Below are positions 24,124-36,572 of a stretch of 64,000 bases of DNA, piece after piece (within the stretch, counting starts at the first letter, position 1; each line of letters starts with the position of its first letter). A program made the position numbers and the translations under genes. Source of the stretch: Anolis carolinensis (taxonomy: Eukaryota); the NCBI RefSeq assembly GCF_035594765.1, contig NC_085846.1, positions 11,581,190-11,645,189 of the forward strand. The letters run 5' to 3'. The notes beneath the pieces are model-generated. The model worked only from the letters and a program-made list of their open reading frames with translations, was not told the origin of the DNA and searched no databases.

Positions 24124-25025
24124 TCAATTCTTTTTCTTTACAAGCTTTTCTCTTATATTCAGCTCTGGCCTCACCAGAATAATATAGCATTTGGGGAAGA
24201 AGATACAACCCAGTAGGGCAAAACTAGAGACCAAGATGGAGAAGACCTCCACAGCCACCATATTTTTCCCTTTGGTGCTCAGGTAGCTTGGGACAAAAGC
24301 AACCCAAACACTGCAAAAGACCAACATGCTGAAAGTTATCAGCTTGGCTTCATTGAAACTGCTGGGCAGCTTCCTAGCAAAGAAAGCAACAGTGAAGCTA
24401 ATGAAGGACAGCAGCCCCATGTAACCCAGGACAAGGTAGAACATGGTGTCGGAGCCTTCGTTGCATTGCAAGACGATCTCTGCAAGCTGGGAGCGCATGT
24501 CAAACTCTGGAAATGGTGCAGAGGTGGACAACCACACTGTGCAGAGACCAGCTTGAATAAAAGCACAAAAGACGATCACCAATATTGCCAGCTTCTTCCC
24601 AATCCATTTCTTCATCTGGTTCCTTGGCTTTGTGGCCATGAAGGCCAGCACCACAGTGATGGTCTTGGCCAACATGCAAGAAACTGCTATACAAAAGACA
24701 ATGCCAAAGACGGTTTGCCGGAGAAGGCAAGAAACTTTTCCCGGTGTGCCAAGGAAAAGAAAAGAGCACAGAAAACAGAGCAACAGAGAGACAAGGAGAA
24801 TACAAGTGATGGTCCAGTTGTTGGCTTTGACAATGGGAGTGTTCCAGTAACGAATGAAAGTCCCCATCACCAGAATTGTGATTACTGAAAAAACAAGGGC
24901 GCAGGAAGCCAAAATTGCTCCCAGAGGTTCTGTATAATATAAAGAAGTGGTTCTCTTAGGAAGGCATTGGTCTTGTTTCCTATTTGGGTAGTGATCCTCT
25001 TGGCACTTGACGCATTCACTTGCAT
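24124..25025 (-). CDS. V2R-B exon 6 (7TM)
   Basis: [15 protein letters not shown]...[17 protein letters not shown]. Confidence 0.92.
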
Positions 25026-25376
25026 CTGAAATACATTAAGAAGTTCTTAGTGTTTCCCAAATCAGTGCGAATTGTCCACAGATATCATTTGGATTCATGA
25101 AGCCTGCTTAGATATGAAGAAACCATTTTCCCTCCTTCTTTCTTTCATGAGAATGTTTGGTGAATCTGGTATGAGTTCTAAATCTGTTCCTGTTTCTCAA
25201 TCTCCCAACAATTTTTTGGCATGTCTATTTTCAATATTATTTTCTCAGTGCAGATATATTTTAATTGCATTTTTGTGTACAGAGAAACATTTTGGAATTA
25301 TGATGAACCCATTCTCTGTGCTTTACAGTATATATTATATTAGCTATTTCACTTCATCCTGAATTCTATACCATCA

Positions 25377-25425
<49 letters not shown>

Positions 25426-28400
25426 TTTATTTTTCTATCCCGCCACCATCTCCCCAAAGGGTCTCAGGGCGGGTAACAATAGGACAAAGCCCAAGGACAA
25501 TGGAGCAAATAATGATCCCTATTATGATCCTGATATTAAAAGTAAACTCACAATTAATTAACAGCCCTGCTCTTTCAAGAGGTACTAGCACTCCTTTGCA
25601 CATGCAGCAAAACCGCGAGTGACTGTGAAAGGAATTACCATATTTACTCAAATCTAATGCTCATCTCTTTTTTTGGCTAAATTATCTTCCCAAAATTAAG
25701 GTGTGCATTAGATTTCAGTTAATATGGTAATCTTAGTGGTGAGCCAAGAAATAGGGATAGCTCATCCATGTTCTCCCTGGGTTGGATTCGAACCAGCAAC
25801 CTTCAGGTCAGCAACCCAACCTTCATGTCAGCAGTCTTTCTGGCACAAGGGTTTAACCCACTGCGCCACCGGGGGCTCCAATCAACAGATCAAATATATC
25901 CAGAATAGGGCTAACATTTGAGACACCAACATGTGTATTGGCCAGTGTTATTCTCCCATGTGACACTATATTGCTTTTCTCACCAACATTGGCCGAAATC
26001 CTTCCCTGAGTACATTGAACACAGTCATAGCAACAGACTAATTTCTCCGGTTGAACAATCTTGCTGTATCCTGGACGACAATTCTCAACACAACGGGAAC
26101 AGGGTGGAATCTAATAAACAGAACAAAGATATGTATTCGTGAAGAAAATAAGTTCACATTTGCTTATTCTGACAATTCCCAGCTTTATTATAATGCAAAA
26201 ATGTCATCAGTGATTCAGAGTCACAGATAGAAAGGATTTGCAGAGGAAAATTTAGCTCCCTTCAAAAGTCTTTTCTGAGTTGGAGAAGAACATCTGGATT
26301 TCCCACATAATGGGACTGGAGAAGAATGATTATATGCAGAGAGGAGAAATGAAGGGAATCGTATGGAAAATACAATGCTTATTGGAAACCTTGATGAATC
26401 AAGAGAGGACCTATGCGTAATTGTCTTGAACAGGAATCCCTGGTTTTCAGTTCTTCATTCTCTAAATTTTCTCATATTCCAAGACATGGAGGAAACTGAC
26501 TCTAGAACAGTGGTTTCCAACCTTTTTTTTTTTTTTTTTTTACTAGAGACCACTTGACCAGGGATCATTTTGACCAGAGACCACCCTCCAACATTAGTAC
26601 CAAAAGGGTTACGAATCAGTTTTTGGTAAACTTTAAATTGGTTATTTAACTTTGGTTATTTGGGGTGCCAATTCAGAAAATTGCATTGGATAGACTACAT
26701 CAGCTCTAGTTTCTGATACAGAACACATGTCATCCAGTGGTCATCATCTGCTCGCTCACAGAAAACCATATTTAATTATCCAGAGCTGATTTTCCCCACA
26801 TGTCTCGTGGACCCTAGTTTAGGTCTCATGGCCCACCAGTGGGCTGGGGCCCACAGGTTGGGAACCACTGCTCTAGAAGTGGTTTTTTCCCCAATCTTAC
26901 CACCATGGCCCAATCTATTTGTTTACGTCTGCATGCTGAAATTCATCTTTGACTATCAAAAGTGATCTTTAGAAGCGATTTTTTGTTTATAAAGATTACC
27001 CTTTGCAGACTAAAAGAGGAAAATTTACCTGTGTGAACTTGTGATTCCATGTGATGGCACTGCCATTGAGGACAAATCTTTTGGTCTTTTGATCAATCCC
27101 TCCAACTTGGACCTTTTTGAAAGCTTGATTAGAAAATGTAACCAAATTAACAATGTTGAATCCAGATGCTAAGTCCCCATTTTCATCAAAGAAAACTTCT
27201 TCCCCAGCGCTGTTATTAAAACGAATAGATCTCAGATGTGAGCGAAGCTAAATTAAACAAAAAAGAGTGGATAGTGAAGGTCAACTCTTGTGATATCTAT
27301 AATTTAGTCATATATTTTACTACCTTTATCCTGATAAAGGAAAATTCATAATCAGGCAAGTGCAAACTTTATCAGATCTAGACATTATTGGTCATTCGAA
27401 GCACTTTACATTTGGCCTAGAAAAACATGAATATATTTAGGAGAAGATCCTGAGAAGAGCTTTTAAAAGATCAACTTGAATAAAGAGAAACTCACTGTCT
27501 CTCTACTTCTCTTATCAAACATAATTCGTGATCAAAGTTCCAGTTACAAAATTAGAACCAAAAGTTTTAGTGCATAACTTCCAAGTAGATAGATAGTGAT
27601 GTCAATGAAGAAGTTCAAGTTTTTCCATACCTTGACTGAGTTATAAGCCAGAGTGGTAACTGCAGTCAAGAATTCAAAAGAATCCCAAGACTCAAAAGGA
27701 CAGCTATGTGGAAATTAGACAAGACCCCAAAGTGGCAAGATATTTAATTGGATATTAAAAAATTGTCCAAGCTGTGATATTTCAAATTTCTATGTGAAAT
27801 CTAGACAATGTAGAAAGCTGACAGATTTTCCTACTTCGACATACCATGATTAGACATGACTCGCTAGAAAAGACAATAAGACTATGTAACACAATTTTTG
27901 TTCCTGGATTATAAATGTCATTTCCTAATTGGTTCTATATGAAAAACATTGAACATTTTTATTAAACTGCTGACATCCTGCAGCACATTTTGTTATAGTT
28001 TTTCAATGAATATCACATAAAATCTCAACCAGTTCAACATAGTTTTGATGTTTCTGGAGTAGAACAACTACTTTCAAAGTAAGTACTGCACAATTAAACA
28101 GGAAATGACACTTTCAAACCAGGAACAGATATTTTTTTTTCAAATTTTGTTACATAGTGTAACACTTAGCAAGATAAAAGGCAATAGGAGAAGGGGAAGT
28201 TGGTGCTCCGGGTGGATAGACTTAATCAAGGACGTCATGAACAGGGCTCTTGTTTGATAAGAGTGAATTGGAGGTGCCTCGTTTGTGTGGTCACCATAAT
28301 ACAAAATCAGCTTGTCAGGACCTAGCAACAAAATTAGAAAATGAATATTGTTCATTTCAATAAACATACAACAATTCAATGTATTGTTGAAGGCTTTTAC

Positions 28401-31400
28401 GGCCGGAATCACAGGGGTGATGTGTCGTTTTCAGGCTGTATTGCTGTGTTCTAGCAGCATTTTCTCCTGATGTTTTGCCTGCATCTGTGGGTGGCATCTT
28501 CAGAGGATCCTCTGAAGATACCAGCTGCAGATGCTGGCAAAACATCAGGAGAAAGTGCTGCTAGAACACGGCCGTACAACCATACAGCACTCCATTCAAC
28601 AATTCATTGAAGTTCATTTGTTGCTCTGAGCACTAACGGTTTACCTGCCAAGGCTGAATATTTAGACGATTCCAACGGTTTTCAGTCTCCAAGGAGTAAT
28701 GTTTAGTTCTCATTGAATAAGCAGCATGGAGAGCATGGGCTACTGCATAAACTGCATTGTAGATATTGTAGCTCTGCCCAGTCATCTTCTTTTCAAATGC
28801 AACTCCAGGAAGGTCCCCCAATTTCTCTTCCCCGGTGCAGTTCCCTCCTGGCCCATTCATATTATATGCTGGCAAAGAGCAAAAGAACGCACTGCACCAG
28901 AACTCCTTTAGGAAAAATATGTTTGATTGGAATGGGTTGAGGCTCTCCAGAAAGTCCTCAAATCCTGGCACGACAGTGGTGTGAAGGGCCAAGGACAAAG
29001 AGCCATTCAAAGATTTTCCTGTTAACACTCTTCCAGAGAAAATATTTGTGACATCCCACCGCGCAGTTGTGATCCAAACTTTCTCCAAAGGTTTCTGCAT
29101 GAAATGTTCATAAATCTCTAGAATCATCCGTAAACTTTCCAAAGACTGAACATTTCCATAGACTAGAATTACTTTAACTTTCTTAGAGAAAAGAAGAGAG
29201 ACAAGTCTAATTATTTTTCTAGTTATTTGTGTATCTGCAGTGAAACTTATTATTGCAGGAACAGTGTGGGTGAAAGAGATGCAAATGTCTTTCTGGACAA
29301 AATGTGCACTGAGCATTCGCTGAAACCTTTCTCCACTGGCACCCTCGGGAACAATGAGGTCTACCCAATTCCAACCAAAATACTGCAGCAGCTGAACAAT
29401 CCCAGGATACTCAAAGATTTCATCTGGCACCATCCGAAAGAAAGAGGGAAACTGAGTTTTATCACTGAAGATGGGATCAAAAGATCCATAATCCAGCTAG
29501 AAGTGGAGAAAAAGCACATGGGCTGATATTACTTATTTGATAAACTTACATTTTAGAAATTTTGTGTTTGGCAAAACCTTTGTCCCATCCATCTCAGCAC
29601 AATAACTCTGTGTATAACCTTTACTACTTTCCTTTGGAGCTCTTTGGACCTACATTTTCTCTATTTTTAGGATCTGATGGACAGTTGGAAATGTGTGTGG
29701 AGACAGAGAGAGAGACCTTGGAAAGGAATTAGAGACTGTGCGTTTCCCCAAAATACTGCATCCTTTGCACAGGAATTTTTTATGTGTGTGCAAAATATGC
29801 TGGTTCCTATCCAAGAATATTATGTAGAAAATATATTTTCTATATCCAATATACACAATTAGATATGGTAGGTAAGAGAGCGGGTGTATTTGAATCTGGA
29901 ATCCTTCTACTGAGAGTGGTTTCTATGCTGGAATGCAAAGATCTTCCTCACATTTAACATTACAGAGTGTTCCTACATGGCTAGAAGTGTATTTCTACAT
30001 GAGAAAGGGTTAAATTGGATGTTCCTTGTCATCAGGGCCGTAGCCAGAAAAAAATTTCGGGAGGGGTTTTGAAAATTTCGGGGGGGGGGGGTTGAACCCC
30101 TAGCACATACCCCTCCTCGCTACAAACCTGTCAATATCTGCTTGAGATAGTGCCTGGAGGGACTCTTAATGTTTTGCATCTCATAGTCTTAGCATGGGGA
30201 TTTGGTTAACCAGTTAAAATTCATGAGTAAACGAGATTTTTTTTATAACTTGAAAATTTGGGGGGGGGGGGGGGGTTTGAACCCCTAACCCCCCCCCCCC
30301 CCCCTCGCTACAGACCTGCTTGTCATATCTTCCAACTCTGATTTTATGCTTCTGCCAGGAACGGGAACAATGATGGCTGCCCAAAGCGAAGATTGAGCCA
30401 ATTGGGAGGCAAAGTGCTGCTTTAAATAAAACAAATTCTCAACAGTGCTCAAGTAAAAAAATGAAACCATTAAGTCAATATATAATAAACTGACTAGACC
30501 ATTTGAACTTTGGACATTAAAAGGATAGAGATGGAGAAGTGATGGAGGAACTCCATGTCTCCTGTTTGCTGAAATATATGGCATACATATAGTGATACCT
30601 ACCTGTGGGATTTTGTAGATATTTAAGATATTCGACACCTGGATAGAAGTCTCAGAGTTGATATCACCAATGATGGCCATGACTTTCTGCCTCTGGAAAC
30701 AGTTGTAATTGAAGGGGTCCCTTTGTGCCGTGAAGAGAAGATGCAGAGTGTTCCCAGTGGCTTTCATTGCACTAAATATATTGTCATAGATTTCTGATCC
30801 CAATGTGATGTTGGGCAACAATTTGTCATTCTGGTTGATCTCATGAATAGCAAATGCAAAGGCAAGGATCAGCTGGTAGTTCTTAGGCAACATCCTGCAT
30901 TGAGAGTTTCCTGAAAGTTGATCTTTCAAACTGACATCAGGCATTTTATATATTTCATATACAACCTGTCTTACAAACTGCCTTGTGAATGAGACAAAAT
31001 ATGGTAATAACAGAAATAGATCAATCTCATGTTACTATTTTATGAAAGGACAGCATCAGGCCTGAATGTATCTGTCAGAGGTTGAAGCAACTGCACACTG
31101 AATACACACAGAATTAAAGAATTCTGGATCCAGGGATGTGGTTATGAAAAAAAAATGTAGGTTAAAATGTTTCTGGTATATCTTTCAAACCATCATTTCA
31201 AGGACATAATCAGGAACTGTCACTTTGATTTAGCCATTTTGAACACTTTGGAGTCATGAATCCCCAGCACAACATAAAGGTAAAGGTTTCCCCTGACATT
31301 AAGTCTAGTCGTGTCTGACTCTAGGGGTTGGTGCTCATTTCCATTTCTAAGCCAAAGAGCCAGCATTGTCCATAGACACCTCCAAGATCATGTGGCCAGC

Positions 31401-32386
31401 ATGACTGCATGGAGTGCCGTTAGCTTCCTGCAGAAGCGATACCTATTGATCTACTCACATTTGCATGTTTTCAAACTGCTAGGTTGGCAGAAGCTGGGGC
31501 TAATAGCGGGAGCTCACTCTGTTCCCCAGATTCGAACCATTATCCTTTCGGTCAAGAAGTTCAGCAGCTCAGTGGTTTAACCCGCTGTGCTATCGGGGGC
31601 TCTCACCACAACATATTGATACATTTTAATCTACCTTCTCAACACAACACTTGATTCTAAACTATGTTACATTTCCTTTTTGATGGGTTTTCAATAGATA
31701 TTGTTTGATATTTGCTTGCTATCATCTGAGTACTGACTAGATTATTTGGTTTGTTCAAATGGTTTGACTTTGTAGAATTAAACCACTAAGTCCTATCAAT
31801 GGGAAAGCTTATATATCAGTTGATCTTAACTGCCTTTGACTAGATGCTCTTTTACGCATCATAACTTACAACTTAATCTGGTATTTGATCCCTTGCAAAG
31901 CTTGTTTTCCAGCATGCTGTAAAAACCCTCTTTGGAGTTCTACATCAACAATAAGTATCTCATGCAGATATGCTTCTCATCACTAAAAGTTTCATTCACC
32001 AGCATCTTGTTATTATATCTAAAACCGTTAGTCTGAGTCTACACTACAATAATTGAAATGAGACAATAGCTTGAATTAAACCACACAAATGCAAAGCCCC
32101 ATTCTGCCCTTTACTTGTTTTTATAAATTGCTTACCATGCTTCATAATGAGAATTCCCTCCTTCCTTTAAGTTGTCTATAGTCCTTTTGGACAACAACAT
32201 GGACATAAATTCCCCAATAATAATATCTTCCCCAGAATTAGGGACATTTTGTTTTACCTCTAGCCGCCAATCACATATGGAGCCCAAACTCTTGCTCCAA
32301 GTGCCAGGAAAATGAAAGAGAAGAAGCAACCAAACCTTTCTGAGTGCTTTTGCATGTGGCACCCAGTCCCAGCTGTTCACTTGCAT
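24124..32386 (-). CDS. Vomeronasal type-2 receptor V2R-B; complement(join(24124..25025,25984..26110,27029..27247,28645..29496,30603..30894,32136..32386)), 880 aa
   Basis: Six in-frame GT-AG exons; canonical motifs [65 protein letters not shown]. Confidence 0.92.
25379..25480 (-). mobile_element. Very short L2 3' end with (ATT)n tail
   Basis: ACTTTATTTTTCTATCCCGCCACCATCTCCCC, as at the tail of the full-length L2 near 44400. Confidence 0.75.
25984..26110 (-). CDS. V2R-B exon 5
   Basis: [31 protein letters not shown]; 127 nt. Confidence 0.9.
26508..26870 (-). mobile_element. Non-autonomous hAT element
   Basis: TIRs CAGTGGTTTCCAACC / GGTTGGGAACCACTG; perfect 8-bp TSD CTCTAGAA. Confidence 0.88.
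27029..27247 (-). CDS. V2R-B exon 4
   Basis: [26 protein letters not shown]...WNHKFTQ; 219 nt. Confidence 0.9.
27600..28310 (+). mobile_element. Old RTE LINE fragment split by a Tc1-like MITE (27881-28160)
   Basis: Decayed [12 protein letters not shown] and KIKGNRRRG...RWID segments lie on either side of the MITE. Confidence 0.55.
28378..28585. mobile_element. Penelope-like terminus forming a palindrome
   Basis: TTGAAGGCTTTT..GGCCGGAATCAC..; inverted repeat centred on GAGGATCCTC (28503-28512); related pieces at 40560-40640 and 40785-41045. Confidence 0.6.
28645..29496 (-). CDS. V2R-B exon 3
   Basis: [26 protein letters not shown]...QPWQ; 852 nt. Confidence 0.92.
30033..30318. mobile_element. 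hAT MITE with G/C runs
   Basis: TIRs CAGGGCCGTAGC / GCTACAGACCTG; perfect 8-bp TSD CTTGTCAT. Confidence 0.85.
30603..30894 (-). CDS. V2R-B exon 2
   Basis: [32 protein letters not shown]...KIPQ; 292 nt. Confidence 0.92.
31277..31606 (-). mobile_element. Full-length Sauria SINE
   Basis: Reverse-complement homologue of the 7772 copy; TSD CACAACATA. Confidence 0.88.
32136..32386 (-). CDS. V2R-B exon 1 (signal peptide)
   Basis: [31 protein letters not shown]; phase-2 donor GTAAGC. Confidence 0.82.
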
Positions 32387-32862
32387 TTTTACTGAAATGT
32401 TTCCCAGACACTACATTGTGATTTCATGTAGTATCAAAATGCACAAAAGTACCTCTACTCAGACAATAGATTTTCCCAATCCAAAAAATTCGACGTGTAG
32501 CACTGGCACTAAACAATGTCCAAGCACCACAAAACAGATTGCCTGCCCACTTCAAACAGACCTTTATCGAGAGCATGTAGCCAAGATAATTGGTCTATCA
32601 CGGTTGTTGATTCTGGAAGCTATCTTTGGCGAGCTATTCCACAGACACCCAAATGTAATTATACTAATTTGGATAATTGCAGACCAGTAAGATCACCATT
32701 TCTGAAGTTTGACAGTCCCAACTAAACTAAACAAGTATGTTGCCAACTATAGTCGAAGGAGTTGGAAAAGTTACAGAAAGTATTAAGGAATCATAGTGCA
32801 TGTTGGTTACATGTTGCTGAGAAATTGTACCCCCCCCCCCAATTTTTTTTTTTTTGATAATA

Positions 32863-33105
32863 AGCTCTGATGGCACTATGGGTTAAACCCTTGTGTCGGC
32901 TGAACTGCTGACCTCAAGGTTGGGTTGCTGACCTGAAGGTTGCCAGTTTGAATCTGCAAGATGGGGTGAGCTCCCATCTGTCAGCTCTAGCTTGCAGGGA
33001 CATGAGAGAAGCCTCCCAGCTGGATGATAACACATCCAGGTGTCTCATGGGCAATGTCTTTGTAGATGGCCAATTGCCTCAAGTCACTTCTGACATTATA
33101 AAAAT
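32863..33105 (+). mobile_element. Sauria-related SINE, decayed
   Basis: GGGTTAAACCCTTGTG..GCTGACCTGAAGGTTGCC..GGACATGAGAGAAGCCTCCC. Confidence 0.7.
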
Positions 33106-34874
33106 GTCTTTTTTGTTGAAGTTTTCAAGTATCAGAACAACAAAAGGAAATGAGTTTGTTTTGTCTTGCTATTGAGGACAATCTGCTTCTGGTCAGATGA
33201 ACAGAACAGAAAGCAATACCAGGGGAAAGCCTCGAGCAGAATTAGTATCACTTTCAGAATTTGTAAGTTCCTGGCCCAGGGCCAGTGAGATGAAAATGAA
33301 TGAGGGGGATCCCATATATTTCCTACTTTCGCTCATAGGCATCTGAAGTTGCCTTCAGCTAAGTCAAACAGTAGTCCAGCCTTGTCCCAGGAGACAGCCC
33401 ACTTTTGCTAGCAATACCCTTTGGTCAGATCATAAACAAAGTAGTGAAAAGAGCTACTGGTATAGGCCAGAAAGGCCATACAATATTACTTGGCTAAGGA
33501 GATCAGAGAAAAAATTGGAAGGGACAATCTTTGGGTAAGGGGAAGGAGACCGCATCAATTGTGAGAGCAGCTCAATCCATGCTATTTTGTGGGTTTGTAT
33601 CTATCTAACACGTTCTTTAAATTTCCAACAGTGACTATCAAGGTGCTTTCAGGAAGCTGACAAGCAATGTATACAATGCAGCCACAGGGCTCCATAAGTG
33701 TCAAATGTGACAAATAACTGCTGAGACATACAGGCTTCAGCTTGAATATTCTCTTGCAAATAGGACTCTTCTAGATGAGAATAATAAATTACACAATTTA
33801 ATACCATACACCATAACCCCACACTATCTGTATTGGGCTCTGAGGCCACTAGGCAATCAACAGTTATGATCCAAGTTCGCCATACTGGTTGGCTTTTGCT
33901 ACTTTGTGCACCACCAAGCTCTTTCTCTCTGGGGCACCAAGAGTGTATTGAATGAGTCACTCGTTATTTAAATGTGCTGTGGATTTCTCCACTTGATCCA
34001 TTCTTGGTGACGAGTTTAGAGTGTCCTTATCACTACAACTGGAATCTTCTGCTTCGTGCTTTCAAGTAGATAGAACCATTTCAGCGTCTACTGCTTCCAG
34101 GCGAATCAACAAGTTGATCTGAGCATTAATTTGTCTTCAAAATAAGGGAGGGTTTTTTTTTCTTATGTGCTTCATCAATACAAATGAAATTGCAATATAT
34201 TTTCTGACATAAAAAAAGGAAAGAGGCATAGAAGATGACTCAGTCTACTGAACTTCTTCCAAATTTGTTGCCAACTTGGAATGAAGCTGAGAGTCAGCTA
34301 CGGATCAATATTGTTTCCCTGCACTTTCTGGGGCACAAATCTTCATGGTATGTAACAAGCAGAATGAAAGTTGTGTGATAACAGCAAAGACTGGAGGAGA
34401 CTGCTACATTATAACATAATAACACAGCTTTTTAAATTGCTTTCCAAAAGCTGACTGCCTTAAACTTTTATGTGATCAAGTTGATTCTATTGAAGAAAGA
34501 TGGATGCATTCAAAAATGTTAATAAATGCTCTGCTGGATCAGTCTAAAGATCTATCTAATACAGCTTCTAATTTCTAACAGTAACTATCCAGATGTTTTC
34601 GGGAAGCTGACAAACAGTATATCAGGCAAGTTCCTTGCACTCCTGCCAGATCATAGCATCTGATGCTCAGGTACAGAGCCCTTTTGAATGTGGATTTTTA
34701 AGATCATGGTTAATACCCAGCATTTGATGTAACATTTTTTCCACCTGAGGATGTGTTGCAATGTATATATGTAGCTAGAGAAATCAACTTTATTTGATGA
34801 CTTGCTTATTATTGTCACAATAAGAAAAAGGGGTATATAAGTCTCTCACAAATGTCGTACTATGTCTTATAGAT

Positions 34875-35596
34875 AAAAAAGGGTAAAGTTGTGCTCAACA
34901 TATGGCCATAATCAGCACTCACTCATTGTGGCTTGGTAATCCAAGAGCTACAGCACTTCCAACTTACAGATGTGAAATAGTGGGGTTTGGTTCCCCCACC
35001 TCCATAACTCTAGTTGTGAGAAATATGGATTTTAGTTCTGATGTTTTGCTCTGTTGTGAGAACTTGTAGAAAGGTAATGTTGTACCCAACATATGGCCAT
35101 AATCAACATTCATTCTTCGTGGCTTGGTAGTGCAAGAGCTAGTACACAGCACTTCTGACTTGCAGTTGTGAAATACGGTAGAGTCTCACTTATCCAACAT
35201 AAACAGGCTGGCAGAGTGTTGGATAAGCGAATATGTTGGATAATAAGGAGAAATTAAGAAAAAGCCTATTAAACATCAAAATAGGTTATGATTTTACAAA
35301 TTAAGCACCAAAACATCATGTTATACAACAAATTTGACAGAAAAAGTAGTTCAATAGGCAGTAATGCTATGTAGTAATTACTGTATTTACAAATTTAGCA
35401 CCAAAATATCACAATGCATTGAAAACATTGACTATAAAAATGCATTGGATAATCCAGAACGTTGGATAAGTGAGTGTTGGATAAGTGAGACTCTACTCTA
35501 GTGGGGTTTGGTTCCTCCACCTCCATAACTCTGGTTGTGAGAAATATGGATTTTGATATTGATGTTTTGCTCTGTTGTAAGAACTTGTAGAAAGGA
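34875..35596. repeat. Tandem duplication of about 190 bp; second copy interrupted by a MITE
   Basis: CAACATATGGCCATAATCA...GTGAAATAGTGGGGTTTGGTTCC...GAACTTGTAGAAAGG occurs twice. Confidence 0.85.
35176..35498 (+). mobile_element. Tc1/mariner-superfamily MITE
   Basis: Same family as the 8952 copy; TA on both sides. Confidence 0.88.
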
Positions 35597-36572
35597 TGAA
35601 AGAAATACCTTGACTTCTCTAAACCAAATTGCTGAAGTCTAGAAGCATATTCTCTGTGCTTCTTGGTGCTGCTGGCATACTGTCAAACTGCCGGCACAGA
35701 GTACCAGAGCCCATCAAACTATGCAGGGCTACTTCCGGCAGAGCTCTGTTGAGCTCCATGCCAGAAGCATGCCAGCAGAGCCAAAAAGAAACTGGGGAGG
35801 AAGCGGGAGAAAGCTGGGGACTGCAGGGAAACATTATAGAAGGAATCTCACAACCACCAACGGTAAGGAGTCAAAACCTTACGCTGCCCCATGGTTTCCC
35901 CCACTGTCCCTGGCTTCTTGTCCTTAATTTGATGAGGCCCCTACTCACATTGTGCTTACTCCACAGTGCACACATATCTACAAACATACCGTACACGGTT
36001 TCAAGGACATACTCTGTGTACACTCAACTCACAAACCTGAGATGACTTATCCATGGGTCAAAGTATTTACTATATCTTCATTTTTATCAAAAGGACCCAG
36101 CCCTTTGCTGAGTAGGATGTCAAAAGGCAAGAGCTTAGACCACCTTGAGGTAACTTAAATGAAATGTTGACACTCACCCCCAACCCTCCACCATGGTGCC
36201 ATTTCTGGCCTTTTTGAATGTCAGTGTGTGGAAATGGCAGCGACCAGGGATGGCTGGGTCCTCACAATGGCATTGGTGCTTTCTCCCTCTGCAGTATGAC
36301 CCTTAACTTATCCATGGATGATATCAAAATCCATAATTTTGCCCCCAAAACCTGCCTCAGCTCATACATGAGGTCAAATTATAGACTGATATGTATACAT
36401 AGTGTTCTCTTTGGACTGGTGAGCCTTAGAGTAGATAGAACTCTGACTTTACATTGCTATGAAATACCTGCTATGTCTGTTAATAATCATAGTCTTCTTG
36501 TTCATGCTAGTCTTGACAATATACAGGTCTCTTGAGGAGAACTGGAGTGAATCCAGCCTAAATTCAGAACAT

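Noticed and set aside
30285-30602. ORF extension beyond V2R-B exon 2 (similar extensions at 16333-16434 and 13208-13283)
   Set aside because: Intron read-through past clear splice sites at the conserved V2R boundaries.
12297-32386. Both V2R coding sequences total 2643 nt
   Set aside because: Exon sizes differ and the equality depends on the chosen V2R-A start; treated as coincidence within a length-constrained family.
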